A stretch of 64,000 nucleotides of DNA. It comes from Planctomycetota bacterium. GTDB taxonomy: Bacteria > Planctomycetota > UBA8108 > UBA1146. Location of the stretch: contig JACETR010000005.1 of assembly GCA_013911165.1 (NCBI GenBank), forward strand, positions 3,109 through 67,108, read 5' to 3'. The position numbers and the translations under genes are program-made. Below, piece by piece: positions 47,855 to 58,210 of the stretch. The notes under the pieces were generated by a model, which made no database searches, was not told where the DNA came from, and saw nothing but the letters and a program-made list of their open reading frames with translations. Numbering within the stretch: the first letter of the stretch is position 1; each line of letters starts with the position of its first letter.

Positions 47855-47947
47855 AAACAGGGGTTCAACTCCTGTCAGGGGAACAACAGCGGTTCGCCGG
47901 AGGGAAACTCTCCCCGGTCAAGGATCGCTCGCGGGGAATGGAGCAGA

Positions 47948-48727
47948 ATGACGGGCTGGATTGAAGCCCTTGGGCATTTTCTCGGACGCAGTGCCGAGAC
48001 TACCGGTTACGGTCTCGTTCTGCTTTGCAGGACGATTCTGAACCTCCCCCATCTGTTCACCCGCAGGCGCATGAGAGATTGCCTCAATCTCATCTTCACC
48101 TACACCTTGGGCTCTTTCACCGTGACCGCGGTGGTCGCACTCTTCACTGGAATGATCCTCGCACTCAACGGAGGCGACTCCCTCGCTTCTCTGGGGCAGG
48201 AAAATCTCATTGGGCGTATCGTCGCCATTTCCATGATTCGGGAAATGGGTCCCTTTATGACGGCGCTCATTTTGACGGCAAGCCTTGGCAGCGGTATCGC
48301 TGCCGAAATCGGTACGATGAAAGTCTCCGAGGAGATCGATGCTCTGGAGATCATGTCCATTTCACCCGTCAAGTTTTTGGTTCTTCCCCGCTTGATTGCT
48401 CTCACACTGGTGACACCGGTCATGACCATCTTTGCAGCTTTTATCGGGATACTGGGTGCCAGCATCGTTGCAGCAAACAATTTTGGAGTGACCTGGATCG
48501 CCTTTTCCAATGATGCCCTTGAGAACCTTCAATTGGGAGATGTTCACATTGGGTTGATCAAATCTGTGGTCTTTGGAATCACCATTGCAACGGTCGGTTC
48601 AACTCAGGGATTGCTGACCCGGGGTGGAGCCACCGGAGTCGGCGAGGCAGCACGAAGAGCGGTCGTCATCACTTTCCTTCTCGTGATCATTCTTGGTTAC
48701 TACCTGTCATGGTGGTATCTGTCATGA
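47948..48727 (+). CDS. mlaE: MlaE-family ABC transporter permease
   Basis: 259 aa, five or six TM segments, 'REMGPFMTALILTASLGSGIAAEIGTMKVSEEIDALEIM' (typical MlaE/Ttg2B core). Confidence 0.85.
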   Translation: MTGWIEALGHFLGRSAETTGYGLVLLCRTILNLPHLFTRRRMRDCLNLIFTYTLGSFTVTAVVALFTGMILALNGGDSLASLGQENLIGRIVAISMIREMGPFMTALILTASLGSGIAAEIGTMKVSEEIDALEIMSISPVKFLVLPRLIALTLVTPVMTIFAAFIGILGASIVAANNFGVTWIAFSNDALENLQLGDVHIGLIKSVVFGITIATVGSTQGLLTRGGATGVGEAARRAVVITFLLVIILGYYLSWWYLS

Positions 48728-49512
48728 TTCAACTTGAAAATGTCACCAAGGTCCTCTCCGGACGAACGATTCTTTCAAATCTCAGCGTCACGATTGAAGA
48801 AGGTGAAACTCTGGTCCTCCTCGGCCGATCGGGAACGGGCAAGAGCGTCACCCTGCGTCACATCGTTGGCTTGATGCAACCGGATAGCGGACGTGTAGAA
48901 GTCCTCGGGAAAAACCTCACCGAAACATCGGCGGACCAGTTGGCAGCGGTTCGCAGTCAGGTCGGTTATCTGTTTCAGGATGGTGCACTTCTGAATTGGC
49001 TCTCCCTCGCAGAAAACGTGGCACTCCCCCTTCTGGAAACCCATAAACTCGCGAAAAGTGAAGTTGACCAGCGGGTCAAAGACGCACTCATGGAAGTGGA
49101 ACTTGACCAGCATGGAGACAAACTCCCTGGAGAAATCTCGGGAGGAATGCGCAAAAGAGCCGGACTCGCAAGGGCCCTCGTGAGCCATCCCAAGATTGTG
49201 CTGCACGATGAGCCCACCTCCGGACTCGACCCCATCTCCTCCAGCATCATCAACAAGCTTGTCAATCGATTGAAAACCACGGGGATCACCCAGGTGCTGG
49301 TGACCCATGATATGAACTCCGCTTTCGAGGTGGCAGACAGGATTGCCCTGCTTCATGAAGGTCAGATCCATGCCCTCGAAAATGTGGTTGATTTCCGCGA
49401 CTCTGCAGACCCTGCGGTTCGCCAGTTTCTGGAGGGTCAAATCTCCGGGCCTCTCAGCAGAGGACTCCTCGACGGGAGTTCGAAGGATGATGATAGAAAT
49501 GAGGTCTCATGA
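48724..49512 (+). CDS. mlaF: MlaF-family ABC transporter ATP-binding protein
   Basis: Walker A 'LLGRSGTGKSV', signature 'ISGGMRKRAGLARAL', Walker B 'IVLHDEPTSGLDP'. ATG at 48724 overlaps the mlaE stop (ATGA). Confidence 0.85.
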   Translation: MIQLENVTKVLSGRTILSNLSVTIEEGETLVLLGRSGTGKSVTLRHIVGLMQPDSGRVEVLGKNLTETSADQLAAVRSQVGYLFQDGALLNWLSLAENVALPLLETHKLAKSEVDQRVKDALMEVELDQHGDKLPGEISGGMRKRAGLARALVSHPKIVLHDEPTSGLDPISSSIINKLVNRLKTTGITQVLVTHDMNSAFEVADRIALLHEGQIHALENVVDFRDSADPAVRQFLEGQISGPLSRGLLDGSSKDDDRNEVS

Positions 49513-50651
49513 GCAGAGACTTTCTTGTCGGCGGGATTTTCATACTTGCCCTGACCCTGGTAGGTGCACTGACCTTCATGTTGCAGGAGTACCCTTCAGG
49601 ATCTGCACTGACACTCAATGTCGGCTTCGAAGACGTTTCAGGGATGAAAGCCGGAGATCCGGTCCGGATCCGTGGGCTTCGCTCCGGGGTCGTCGACAAG
49701 ATCATTCTCGATCCCCAACGGGATCTCGCCGTAGCCACCATTCAACTCGGTCAGAATCTCGAGCCTAGAGAAGGTTATGAGTTTAAAATCCTTCCTGCGA
49801 GTGCTTTGGGGGGAACCTACCTGCGATACACCCCTGGTGTGGGAGACCTGGTCGCCACTGATGACTTGCGCGGTTTGGCTGGAGGAGATGTTCTCGGTGA
49901 AGTGGGAGATCTCCTTAACAACACCCGAGGCAGCATCGAAGACGGGCTTTCATCCCTGTCCAGCCTGCTTCAGAAACTGGATTCCGGCCAAGGTATCTTT
50001 GGTGGCTTGTTGACCAGCGACACAGCCAAAACACAGTTTCTCAACTCCGTAGAAAATCTGGAGATCCTGACCGCACGACTCAAAGCCGGCGAAGGGCTCG
50101 TGGGATCTCTGCTCCTGGAGGGATCTGATCAACAGGTTCAATTCAATCGGGTCTTGAGCAGGGTCGATTCCGAAATGGGAGCCATCGAAGCGGGCGAGGG
50201 TACGCTTGGCCTACTCCTCAAGGACCGTGAAACCCGTGAAAATCTCAAGAAAACGATTGGTGACTTGACCGTTTCACTCGATGCCATTGCCAATGCCAAG
50301 GGACTCCTCGGAGCAGTCATTCATGATGAGGAATTTGTCACCACAGTGAAAGAATCGATGAGGTCCATCAGCAAGGTCACAGAAGAACTGGGCCCGGAGG
50401 GTGCCGGTATGCTTGCGCGCCTGATACACAGTAAAAAACTCGGCGACGAAGTGGCGTCAGCAATAGGAGCAATTTCGCAAATCAGCCAGGACATCAACAA
50501 TGGTCCAGGAACCTTGTACAGTTTGATCAAGGACCCCAGCCTCTTCAATGATGCGAGGGAGACGCTGACCCTCTTGCGTGATTCCACGGAAGACCTGCGA
50601 GAACAGGAGCCTGTAACGGCTTTCTTCAGCATTCTCTTTGCACCTTTCTAA
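49509..50651 (+). CDS. mlaD: MlaD/MCE-domain substrate-binding protein with a long C-terminal helical extension
   Basis: N-terminal TM 'LVGGIFILALTLVGALTF', MCE core 'FEDVSGMKAGDPVRIRGLRSGVVDKIILDP', then ~250 aa with recurring 'G.(L/F)G.LL.D' motifs. Confidence 0.8.
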   Translation: MSRDFLVGGIFILALTLVGALTFMLQEYPSGSALTLNVGFEDVSGMKAGDPVRIRGLRSGVVDKIILDPQRDLAVATIQLGQNLEPREGYEFKILPASALGGTYLRYTPGVGDLVATDDLRGLAGGDVLGEVGDLLNNTRGSIEDGLSSLSSLLQKLDSGQGIFGGLLTSDTAKTQFLNSVENLEILTARLKAGEGLVGSLLLEGSDQQVQFNRVLSRVDSEMGAIEAGEGTLGLLLKDRETRENLKKTIGDLTVSLDAIANAKGLLGAVIHDEEFVTTVKESMRSISKVTEELGPEGAGMLARLIHSKKLGDEVASAIGAISQISQDINNGPGTLYSLIKDPSLFNDARETLTLLRDSTEDLREQEPVTAFFSILFAPF

Positions 50652-50660
50652 GGGGTTTCA

Positions 50661-51620
50661 ATGGACTGGTTTTATGCGATTTCCTCATTACTGGCAGGCC
50701 TCCTGCTCCTCATGTTCGCTGGAGACTGGCTGATTGGCGCAGCAGTCAATCTCGGAACTCGTTGGAATCTCTCTCCCATTTTCATGGGGACGACTGTCGT
50801 TGCTGCAGGCACCTCCCTTCCTGAACTCGTAGTAGCCGTCATCGCTCAGGTAGAGGGCAGTTCAGGATTGACTCTGGGAAATGTGATCGGCAGCAACATC
50901 TTCAACATTGGAGTCGTACTGGGGCTGATCTTTATCTGGAAGGATCAAAAAGGGCTCGTCGGAGGCAAGACGGAAATCAGGGTTCTCATATTACTCACTC
51001 TTGGATTTCTTGGACTGATCTATGGTATGCAGGATTCCGACGGAGTAGCCAACCTTGACGTTTCTCAGGGAAGCCTTCTTTTACTGATCTTCGCCGTGTT
51101 GCTGGTCTTGAACTTTTTGCGCGGAAGGGCTCAGGGAGCAGGCCCGGATATTGACGAACTTCTATCAGATGAAAGCGCTTTAAAAACCTATCTGAAACTT
51201 GTTTCTGGAATGCTCGGCCTTTGGATCGGAGCAGACCTTCTTGTATCAGGGGCCAGCAATCTCGCTCAATTGATTGGTATCAGTGAAACGGTCGTGGGTC
51301 TTACCGTTGTTGCAGCGGGAACCGGTGCACCTGAACTCTTTGCCTCTATCGTAGCTCTCCGAAAAGGATCAACCGGGATCGCCCTGGGCAACATAGTCGG
51401 CTCAAACATCTTCAACACGATTGCCATCATCGGAGCGGCATCTGTTGTCGCTCCCCTCCCCCTGAACATCAGTGCTCTCTCAGTGGATTTGATCGTGATG
51501 GCAGCCATGACAGGGTCACTGGTCTTACTTGGCTCACTGATCAAGGGCAGGTTACCCGTTAAAGCCGTCGGAGTATTGTTGTTTGGAACATACTGTTGGT
51601 GGTTGATTCAGCTGATCTGA
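50661..51620 (+). CDS. CaCA-family cation/Ca2+ exchanger (YrbG-like)
   Basis: Two alpha-repeats, 'GNVIGSNIFNIGVVLG' and 'GNIVGSNIFNTIAIIG'. About 10 TM segments. Confidence 0.85.
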   Translation: MDWFYAISSLLAGLLLLMFAGDWLIGAAVNLGTRWNLSPIFMGTTVVAAGTSLPELVVAVIAQVEGSSGLTLGNVIGSNIFNIGVVLGLIFIWKDQKGLVGGKTEIRVLILLTLGFLGLIYGMQDSDGVANLDVSQGSLLLLIFAVLLVLNFLRGRAQGAGPDIDELLSDESALKTYLKLVSGMLGLWIGADLLVSGASNLAQLIGISETVVGLTVVAAGTGAPELFASIVALRKGSTGIALGNIVGSNIFNTIAIIGAASVVAPLPLNISALSVDLIVMAAMTGSLVLLGSLIKGRLPVKAVGVLLFGTYCWWLIQLI

Positions 51621-51641
51621 AACTGGCCGCAGGCGTTGTCC

Positions 51642-52511
51642 TCATTTACTTGAGCCATAGGGCTCCACGTGAATCACGACATCGTGGATCCCGGGGATTT
51701 CAGCCCTCAACCTATCCTCGACCTTGTGAGCGATTTCGTGTGCGGATTCAAGGCTGAGATCCGAATCCAGTTGAATGCTCAGGTCGACAAAGATCCCACT
51801 GCCAAATCCCCGACTCCGAACATCCCTGACCAGGCGAACCTCCGGGAATCCCTCCACCCTGCGGATGATCTCGGAGGCTGGCAGAGGGGCCTTGTCTGCA
51901 AGAATACCCGCTGATTGCAAAGCGATCAGGATTCCGGAACGGGCTATCGCAAGACCAATGCAAAGTGCCACGATGGCATCCACTTCCGGATAGCCCAGAT
52001 CCAGAGCGATGACAGCCATGAGTGCGCCCAAAGTGGCAAGAAAATCGGACCGGGTGTGTTCACTGTCCGCATGCAGGATAACGCTTGAAAGCTCACGGGC
52101 CTTCTTTCGTTGCCACCGTTGCAACAGATAGGTCACGACCAGTGTCATGCCAAGCAAAGGGTATCCCCATGAAAGAGATTCATGCACCTCACTGGATTGC
52201 CAGCGTTCCATCGCCTCACCGACGATGTTGTATGCGGCTACAAACAGCAACAGAGCGATTCCCATCGAGGAGAAGATCTCAAATTTCTGATGTCCATAGG
52301 GATGATCGTCATCAGGAGGAGCGGCTGAGATTCGAATTCCAACAAGGCCAACCAGATTACTCGAGGCATCCAGAAGCGAGTGATAGCCGTCTGCGATCAC
52401 AGATGCCAACCCACTCATGAATCCGAAGATGAGTTTGCAAACAGCGACGGTGAGGTTGGCCCCCAGGGTCAGCCATAAAACTCTCGAAACTGCTCCGGAA
52501 TGCTGGGTCAA
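51642..52511 (-). CDS. Cation diffusion facilitator (CDF) family metal efflux transporter
   Basis: 'DGYHSLLDASSNLVGL', 'HPYGHQKFE', and a C-terminal cytoplasmic domain. TTG start preceded by 'ggagg', 11 nt after the gdh stop. Confidence 0.85.
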   Translation of the reverse strand: MTQHSGAVSRVLWLTLGANLTVAVCKLIFGFMSGLASVIADGYHSLLDASSNLVGLVGIRISAAPPDDDHPYGHQKFEIFSSMGIALLLFVAAYNIVGEAMERWQSSEVHESLSWGYPLLGMTLVVTYLLQRWQRKKARELSSVILHADSEHTRSDFLATLGALMAVIALDLGYPEVDAIVALCIGLAIARSGILIALQSAGILADKAPLPASEIIRRVEGFPEVRLVRDVRSRGFGSGIFVDLSIQLDSDLSLESAHEIAHKVEDRLRAEIPGIHDVVIHVEPYGSSK

Positions 52512-52522
52512 AACCGAGCCTC

Positions 52523-55500
52523 CTACTCGACCAGTCTGCGGAATCTCACACTCAAGACCTGTACCGAGGCGATGCTCAACTCGTCTGATCCGATTCTTCG
52601 AATATCAGACTCGAGTGCTCCAAAGCTGGGATTGGCCCGCAACTCACGGATGCTTTCCTCGATCCAGCCCGGGGTCTGAGAGTCGGGGTTCGACTCACAA
52701 ATTCTGGCAACCAAGGCCCACAATCCATCCAGAATCGTGTTCCGGAGAATTCGCATCGAGAGTGAGTCCCAGCGTCCGGAAAGGACCGATTCATCACACT
52801 TGCGAACGAGGGGATGCAATCCGCTCTCATTACCCAAAAGGTAATAAAGGCGGGCAACATGATCCACTCTCAGACTGTAGGTGCTACTGACGTCAAGGAT
52901 TCTCACTCCAGCCGTCAGATATTCGAACTTGGCAAGCCTGATCGCCAGATCTTCGGGGAATCCGGCTTCCACGGCCCCGTTGACGTAAGCGTTGAATCTT
53001 TCAAGTTCAGGAAGAGCCAGGCATGAGGGGATCGACTGCTCGTATTCTTCCAAGGGGCTGACTCCCTCGAGAATCAGAGCTTGTATTCGCTGAAGTCGAT
53101 CATCGTCATGAGTACTGAGCAACCATGCCGCAGCACGGCGAAGGCATTCCTCGATCCTTACCAGTGCCTGATCCGCTGTTTCCGAATCCATCTCAGTCAG
53201 TGCGTAAATCGCCCTGCGCATTTTCTCTGCGCCCACAAGGTCATCTGCGACCAGATAAGCCTGAGCCACATGCCCCACGGATCGGCCCGTTTCACGCTCC
53301 ATATCGGTGAAGAAAGAGGAGCCGGCCCTGTTGATGATCCGGTTGGTTGCCACTGTCATGGCAATTTCCCGTTTAAGTTGATGCTGTCGAACCGCTTCGG
53401 GGAATCTCTCCCTGACCGCTTCTGGGAAATAATCGAAGAGCAATCTCTCTTCATCGATCCTTCCCGCCGGCTGCTTCAGCAATCTTCGGTAAACATCCAT
53501 CTTTGCGTGAGCAGCGATAACCGCAAGCTCGGGACGAGTCAGAGACTGCCCCTCTGCATGACGCTTGGCCAATTCCTCTGGAGTTGGCAAGAACTGCTCG
53601 GATCGGTTAAGGATTTCCCGGTCTTCCAGAACAGAGATGGTACGTTCGAACGAAAAGGGATCGCTGTGACTTCGAATTTCATCGAGCCCCAACAGAAGTC
53701 CCTGATCACGGTTGTTTTCGAGAACCAGCTCACATACCTCGTCCTGAACTTCCTCAAGGACGGCATTCCGCTCTTCGAAATTCAATCTTCCTGTACGGAC
53801 CTCCTGTGAAAGCAAAGTCTTCAGATTGACCTCATGGTCTGAGCAATCGACTCCACCTGAGTTATCAATGAAGTCCGTATTGAGCATGGTACCTTGACTG
53901 GAGATTTGAATCCGGCCCTTGGGAGTGACCCCAAGGTTACCCCCTTCGACAAGCATGCGGCATCTCACGGCAGAAGCGGGAATCCTGCAGGCGCTGTTCG
54001 CCGGGTCTCCCACGTCCTGGTCTCGTTCTTCGTCCGCTCGGATGTACGTACCGATTCCACCATTGAAGACCATATCCACAGGTAATTTGAGAATCGCCTG
54101 AATGATCTGATCCGGTGTGAAGGTTTCATCCGCTGGCAGCTCCAACAACTCTCGTGAGATCTCTGGCAGATCGATAGTCTTCAGCATTCTGTCAAAGACT
54201 CCGCCCCCCTGGGAGATCAGGTCTGTGTTGTAGTCAGACCAATTTGATCGTTGAAGGTTAAAAAGTCTGCAGCGCTCAGCGTAAGACCTTTCAAGATCAG
54301 GATCGGGATCGATGAAAATGTGCAAATGATTGAAAGCAGCGAGAAGCTTGCCTTTTTTGGCAAGGATCATTCCGTTTCCGAAAACGTCGCCACTCATGTC
54401 ACCGATTCCCACTACGGAATAGGGCGTCACTTCTTCACGGATCCCCAATCTGCGGAAGTGAATCTTCGCTTCTTCCCATGCTCCGCGTGCGGTGATGGCT
54501 AATTCCTTGTGGTCGTACCCGTGCTTGCCTCCGGAGGCAAAAGCGTCATCCAGCCAGAAACCATGCTCTTCAGAGATAGAGTTGGCAGTATCAGAGAGGT
54601 GAGCTGTTCCCTTGTCTGCGGCAACCACGAGATAGGGATCTTCGCCGTCCCAGCAGATAATGTTCTCGGGGTGCTCGACCTTTCCGTCGATCACGTTGTC
54701 GGTGATTTTCAGAAGTCCCTTGATGAAAAGCCTGTAGACCCGATCCGCCTGTTCACGCCGATCCTGACGATTTCCGGCGGGCTTTCGCAGAACAAATCCA
54801 CCCTTGGCCCCCACAGGGACAATCAGCACGTTTTTGACCATTTGAGTCTGCTGCAGACCGTAGACCTCAGTCCTGAAATCGGTCACCCGATCGGACCAGC
54901 GCAGTCCACCCCGGGCGAGAGGTCCTCCACGCAAGTGGATTCCCTCCACTTCAGGATGGTGGACATAGATCTCACGCCACGGTCGGGGCTGTGGACCATG
55001 GGGAAGAACCCCGGATTGGTATTTGTAGGCTTGCAGTGCAGGATCTGCTTCCAGATACCGTGTCGTTCTGAGAGTCGCCCGAAAGACTTCAATGATCTTT
55101 CTGAGGAACTGGTCCTGGGCACTGGACCGGACCTCGATCAGTGCTCTCTGCAGATCTTCGTAGAGTTCCTGCGCTTGCTGTTCCCTGCTCTTGAAATCCA
55201 GATCCAATGCGGGGTTAAACCTCAATGAATAGTACTGAAGGAGGCTTTTGGTGATCTCCTGATGTTGACACAGCGTATCGGAAGCAAACGCCACCGTGGT
55301 CGACAATCCCAACTGATGCATGTAATGCAACTGATTACGGATCAATTCCACATCCTGATGGCACAGCCCGGTTTCAATCACCAGGCGGTCGAGTCCGTCG
55401 CTGCTTGCGCCCCCCAGAAAGATGCTTCTGAGAGCGGAGAGGAACTCCGTCTTGCTTCGAATCAGTGGATGCTGGTCGTCATATATTCCATGTACCTGGA

Positions 55501-57367
55501 ATGTATCAATGGTGAAGACATCTCCTGAATTGGGGCGAACTCGATAAGCATTTTGATCAACAATGCTGATCCCGAAATTGTCCAGAATCGGCAACGTGGT
55601 AGACAGGAGTTGATTTTTCCGTTGGTAAAGCCTGATTCTTGCGGAGTTGTTACTGACATCGTCTTCTGTTCTGAAGAGATTGAACTCCATTTCAGGCCCA
55701 GTATCAGACCGGACGCTTTCAAGGCAGGTTGCGTCCACATAGGCTTCATGAGGACTGTGAAGTACCTGATACTCCTGAGGAAACGCATCCCTGTATCTCA
55801 TGAAGAGTGCGTCAGAGTCTTCCTCGGAAACCGATTCCAGATATCGATGAAATCGCTCTGACCATGTTCCGGTCAACAGTTTCACCTGCTCCTGGATCAC
55901 CGTTTCCTCTACGTCGGCAAGTTCATCGGTCGCTGTCAGGAAAAACGACAACAACACCGTTCCATGTTTTCCGATATGGAATCTTGAATCGGAATAGTTC
56001 GCTCCCATTGATTCGACCAGGATTTTTTCAATCCCCGATTGTTGCTCTTCCGAATACCCTTCTCGCGGCGTGATGAGAAAGTACAACCCGCGCCGGCGAT
56101 CGGAACCCATTACCATGTGACCGTGGATTTCCCTCGATCTCTCAACGTAGTGAATCGCCTGAATCACCCCCTCGATTTCACCATTTCCAGCCTCAAAGAG
56201 GAACTCGACAGGGATTGAGTTGAATGCGGTTTCATAAGACTTGTACCGCAATCCTCCCTTGGGGAATGGATGCTGCGAGACCACCTCTTCCAGTTTTTCA
56301 CGTACAAAGGGGATTCGTACTCCGGGGACCTGAAGAGCTTTGAAAGTGAACAAACCCCAGATATGAACAAACTGGAATTCTCCATCCGGCCCCTCCTCCA
56401 GAAGGAGAAAGTGGTCCAGCTTTCCCTTTCTGTGAACGAGAGATTCCTCAAAGCCCTTGAAAGCAACCAGTCTACCCTTGGGGCAGTCTTCCGATTGGAG
56501 CGTCACCTGCCCTTGCTGCAGGATTTCTCTGTCACTCGACTCTGCGGATTCGATTCCCAGTTGAAGCGAATCCATTGAATGAGCGTCACCCCCCCATCTC
56601 TCGACCCCGAAAAAGACGAAGTTGTCCAACAACAACCATTCCAGAAGTTCACGGGTCTCAACAAGATTCTGCTGGGATTTTTTGCTGGAGACTTTACGGA
56701 TGTTGCGAATCGAATCCTGGATGACAGCTTTCATACGTTTGTAATCGCGAACGATGACAAAAGCCTGCTCAAGCCTCATTTGAACTTCAGCCTGGAGAGT
56801 CGCCAAGAGCTCGTCGTCAGAAGATTGTGCCACTTCGAAGTGACAAATGATCTCGTCGACAGCACCGGAATCGGTTCCATCGATGGCCCGAACTCGCCCG
56901 TCCTGGTTTCTGATGACAGGTGCACTGGCCGAGTGCTTGCTGACCACAGCCAATGAGTGGGTTTCCAGAATCAGTTGGATGGTATCGACAACAAAGGGTT
57001 GGTCCTTGCAAACCACATCGATGAAGGTACTCGCTGACTTTCTTCCACTTTTTTTCTCGGAAGTAATCCGGACCAGAATCTGGTCTTTCTGACGATCGAG
57101 GAAAAGGTTGAAAGTTGCCAGCAGATCGCCCGCAAGCCGACGCAAAACGTTTTCATCATCCAGCTCATCCAGAACAGCGTCGTATTGCTCGAGAAAGTCC
57201 CTGAGCAAGGGAGCAAGTTTGTCATCCACGACATGTGAATCTGCCGGGTCGACAAGCCCCGCGAGGCGTCCCTGGAAGCGATTATTGCTGTCACCATTCT
57301 GCATCGAGTCCCCCGAGATCCAACTTTGGTCACGAAAGGAACCGGCGGTCCTGGAGAAATCTGACAA
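52523..57367 (-). CDS. gdhB: NAD-specific glutamate dehydrogenase, large (~180 kDa) class
   Basis: 1614 aa. The catalytic core contains 'GGLRWSDRVTDFRTEVYGLQQTQMVKN' and 'VPVGAKGGFVL', with the flanking domains characteristic of Bac_GDH-type enzymes. Confidence 0.9.
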   Translation of the reverse strand: MSDFSRTAGSFRDQSWISGDSMQNGDSNNRFQGRLAGLVDPADSHVVDDKLAPLLRDFLEQYDAVLDELDDENVLRRLAGDLLATFNLFLDRQKDQILVRITSEKKSGRKSASTFIDVVCKDQPFVVDTIQLILETHSLAVVSKHSASAPVIRNQDGRVRAIDGTDSGAVDEIICHFEVAQSSDDELLATLQAEVQMRLEQAFVIVRDYKRMKAVIQDSIRNIRKVSSKKSQQNLVETRELLEWLLLDNFVFFGVERWGGDAHSMDSLQLGIESAESSDREILQQGQVTLQSEDCPKGRLVAFKGFEESLVHRKGKLDHFLLLEEGPDGEFQFVHIWGLFTFKALQVPGVRIPFVREKLEEVVSQHPFPKGGLRYKSYETAFNSIPVEFLFEAGNGEIEGVIQAIHYVERSREIHGHMVMGSDRRRGLYFLITPREGYSEEQQSGIEKILVESMGANYSDSRFHIGKHGTVLLSFFLTATDELADVEETVIQEQVKLLTGTWSERFHRYLESVSEEDSDALFMRYRDAFPQEYQVLHSPHEAYVDATCLESVRSDTGPEMEFNLFRTEDDVSNNSARIRLYQRKNQLLSTTLPILDNFGISIVDQNAYRVRPNSGDVFTIDTFQVHGIYDDQHPLIRSKTEFLSALRSIFLGGASSDGLDRLVIETGLCHQDVELIRNQLHYMHQLGLSTTVAFASDTLCQHQEITKSLLQYYSLRFNPALDLDFKSREQQAQELYEDLQRALIEVRSSAQDQFLRKIIEVFRATLRTTRYLEADPALQAYKYQSGVLPHGPQPRPWREIYVHHPEVEGIHLRGGPLARGGLRWSDRVTDFRTEVYGLQQTQMVKNVLIVPVGAKGGFVLRKPAGNRQDRREQADRVYRLFIKGLLKITDNVIDGKVEHPENIICWDGEDPYLVVAADKGTAHLSDTANSISEEHGFWLDDAFASGGKHGYDHKELAITARGAWEEAKIHFRRLGIREEVTPYSVVGIGDMSGDVFGNGMILAKKGKLLAAFNHLHIFIDPDPDLERSYAERCRLFNLQRSNWSDYNTDLISQGGGVFDRMLKTIDLPEISRELLELPADETFTPDQIIQAILKLPVDMVFNGGIGTYIRADEERDQDVGDPANSACRIPASAVRCRMLVEGGNLGVTPKGRIQISSQGTMLNTDFIDNSGGVDCSDHEVNLKTLLSQEVRTGRLNFEERNAVLEEVQDEVCELVLENNRDQGLLLGLDEIRSHSDPFSFERTISVLEDREILNRSEQFLPTPEELAKRHAEGQSLTRPELAVIAAHAKMDVYRRLLKQPAGRIDEERLLFDYFPEAVRERFPEAVRQHQLKREIAMTVATNRIINRAGSSFFTDMERETGRSVGHVAQAYLVADDLVGAEKMRRAIYALTEMDSETADQALVRIEECLRRAAAWLLSTHDDDRLQRIQALILEGVSPLEEYEQSIPSCLALPELERFNAYVNGAVEAGFPEDLAIRLAKFEYLTAGVRILDVSSTYSLRVDHVARLYYLLGNESGLHPLVRKCDESVLSGRWDSLSMRILRNTILDGLWALVARICESNPDSQTPGWIEESIRELRANPSFGALESDIRRIGSDELSIASVQVLSVRFRRLVE

Positions 57368-57513
57368 ACCCCACCGGTCTTACCTTTGCTTATATCGATT
57401 TCTGCCTAATTCTGGGAGGGAATTGACCGATAATTATGGCCCATATTCCGAGATTTCCACCTCTGGAAGAACCCGCAGGACATGATATCCACCTCGGAAG
57501 GAAGAAGATCCAG

Positions 57514-58194
57514 ATGAGCTCCGAATCGACACCCAAGCCCGAACCTCAACCTGAGGGGCAGACCTCGCGCCCACTCTTCAAATTGATCGGCTGTGCCACC
57601 GTTCTGATTCTGACTATGGCGGTGGGTTTACTGATTGCCCTGTGGATGGTGACCTCAGGAGGACTGCCTCGGGAACCTCTGCCGATGCCCCCCATCGAAA
57701 TGTTGGCTGAGCCTGTCGAACTTCCGCAAGAGTGGTATCTCGGAGACCTCGAAGTCACTGCTGATTCCGACTCATGGAATCTGACGATTCAACGTTGGAT
57801 CGAAGAAGGAATCGAATCCGGAAAACTGGCTGCGGGCAGTGGCTTTCATTGTCAGAGCTCTCCCGATGGATCTCTCTCACTCAGAGTCAGCCTCGGTATC
57901 CCAGAGGATGCAGAAGATCAGGATTACCTGAAACGGGGTCGCTTTCTCAACTTCACCATGACCGGAGAATTCCGGATTCTCAACAATGTTGTCGAAAGCG
58001 TTCGCCTGGATGAGTACAGCTGGGGATTCATCTACACGCAGCAACCTGGCGAAGTCATCGAAGAAGAGGCCGCCAAAAAAATCGTCGGCAGGATTCTCCA
58101 CCAAGTCAGTGAGTTGGGATTTTTGCCCCTCGAGATCGAAAACCTCACCCATGCTCCAGGTGGAGTGACTCTCAAATTGTCACCCGGCCAATGA
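57514..58194 (+). CDS. Membrane-anchored protein of unknown function
   Basis: ATG at 57514 preceded by 'ggaaggaag' (alternative start 57436). TM 'LIGCATVLILTMAVGLLIALWMV'. No recognisable domain. Confidence 0.45.
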   Translation: MSSESTPKPEPQPEGQTSRPLFKLIGCATVLILTMAVGLLIALWMVTSGGLPREPLPMPPIEMLAEPVELPQEWYLGDLEVTADSDSWNLTIQRWIEEGIESGKLAAGSGFHCQSSPDGSLSLRVSLGIPEDAEDQDYLKRGRFLNFTMTGEFRILNNVVESVRLDEYSWGFIYTQQPGEVIEEEAAKKIVGRILHQVSELGFLPLEIENLTHAPGGVTLKLSPGQ

Positions 58195-58210
58195 TTTGGC
58201 TACGGATCCG

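Noticed and set aside
47857-47885. tRNA T-arm-like 'acaggggttcaactcctgt' just after the lipoprotein stop
   Set aside because: The loop and stem geometry do not fit a canonical T-arm. No acceptor, D or anticodon arms could be built around it. It is probably a small intercistronic hairpin.
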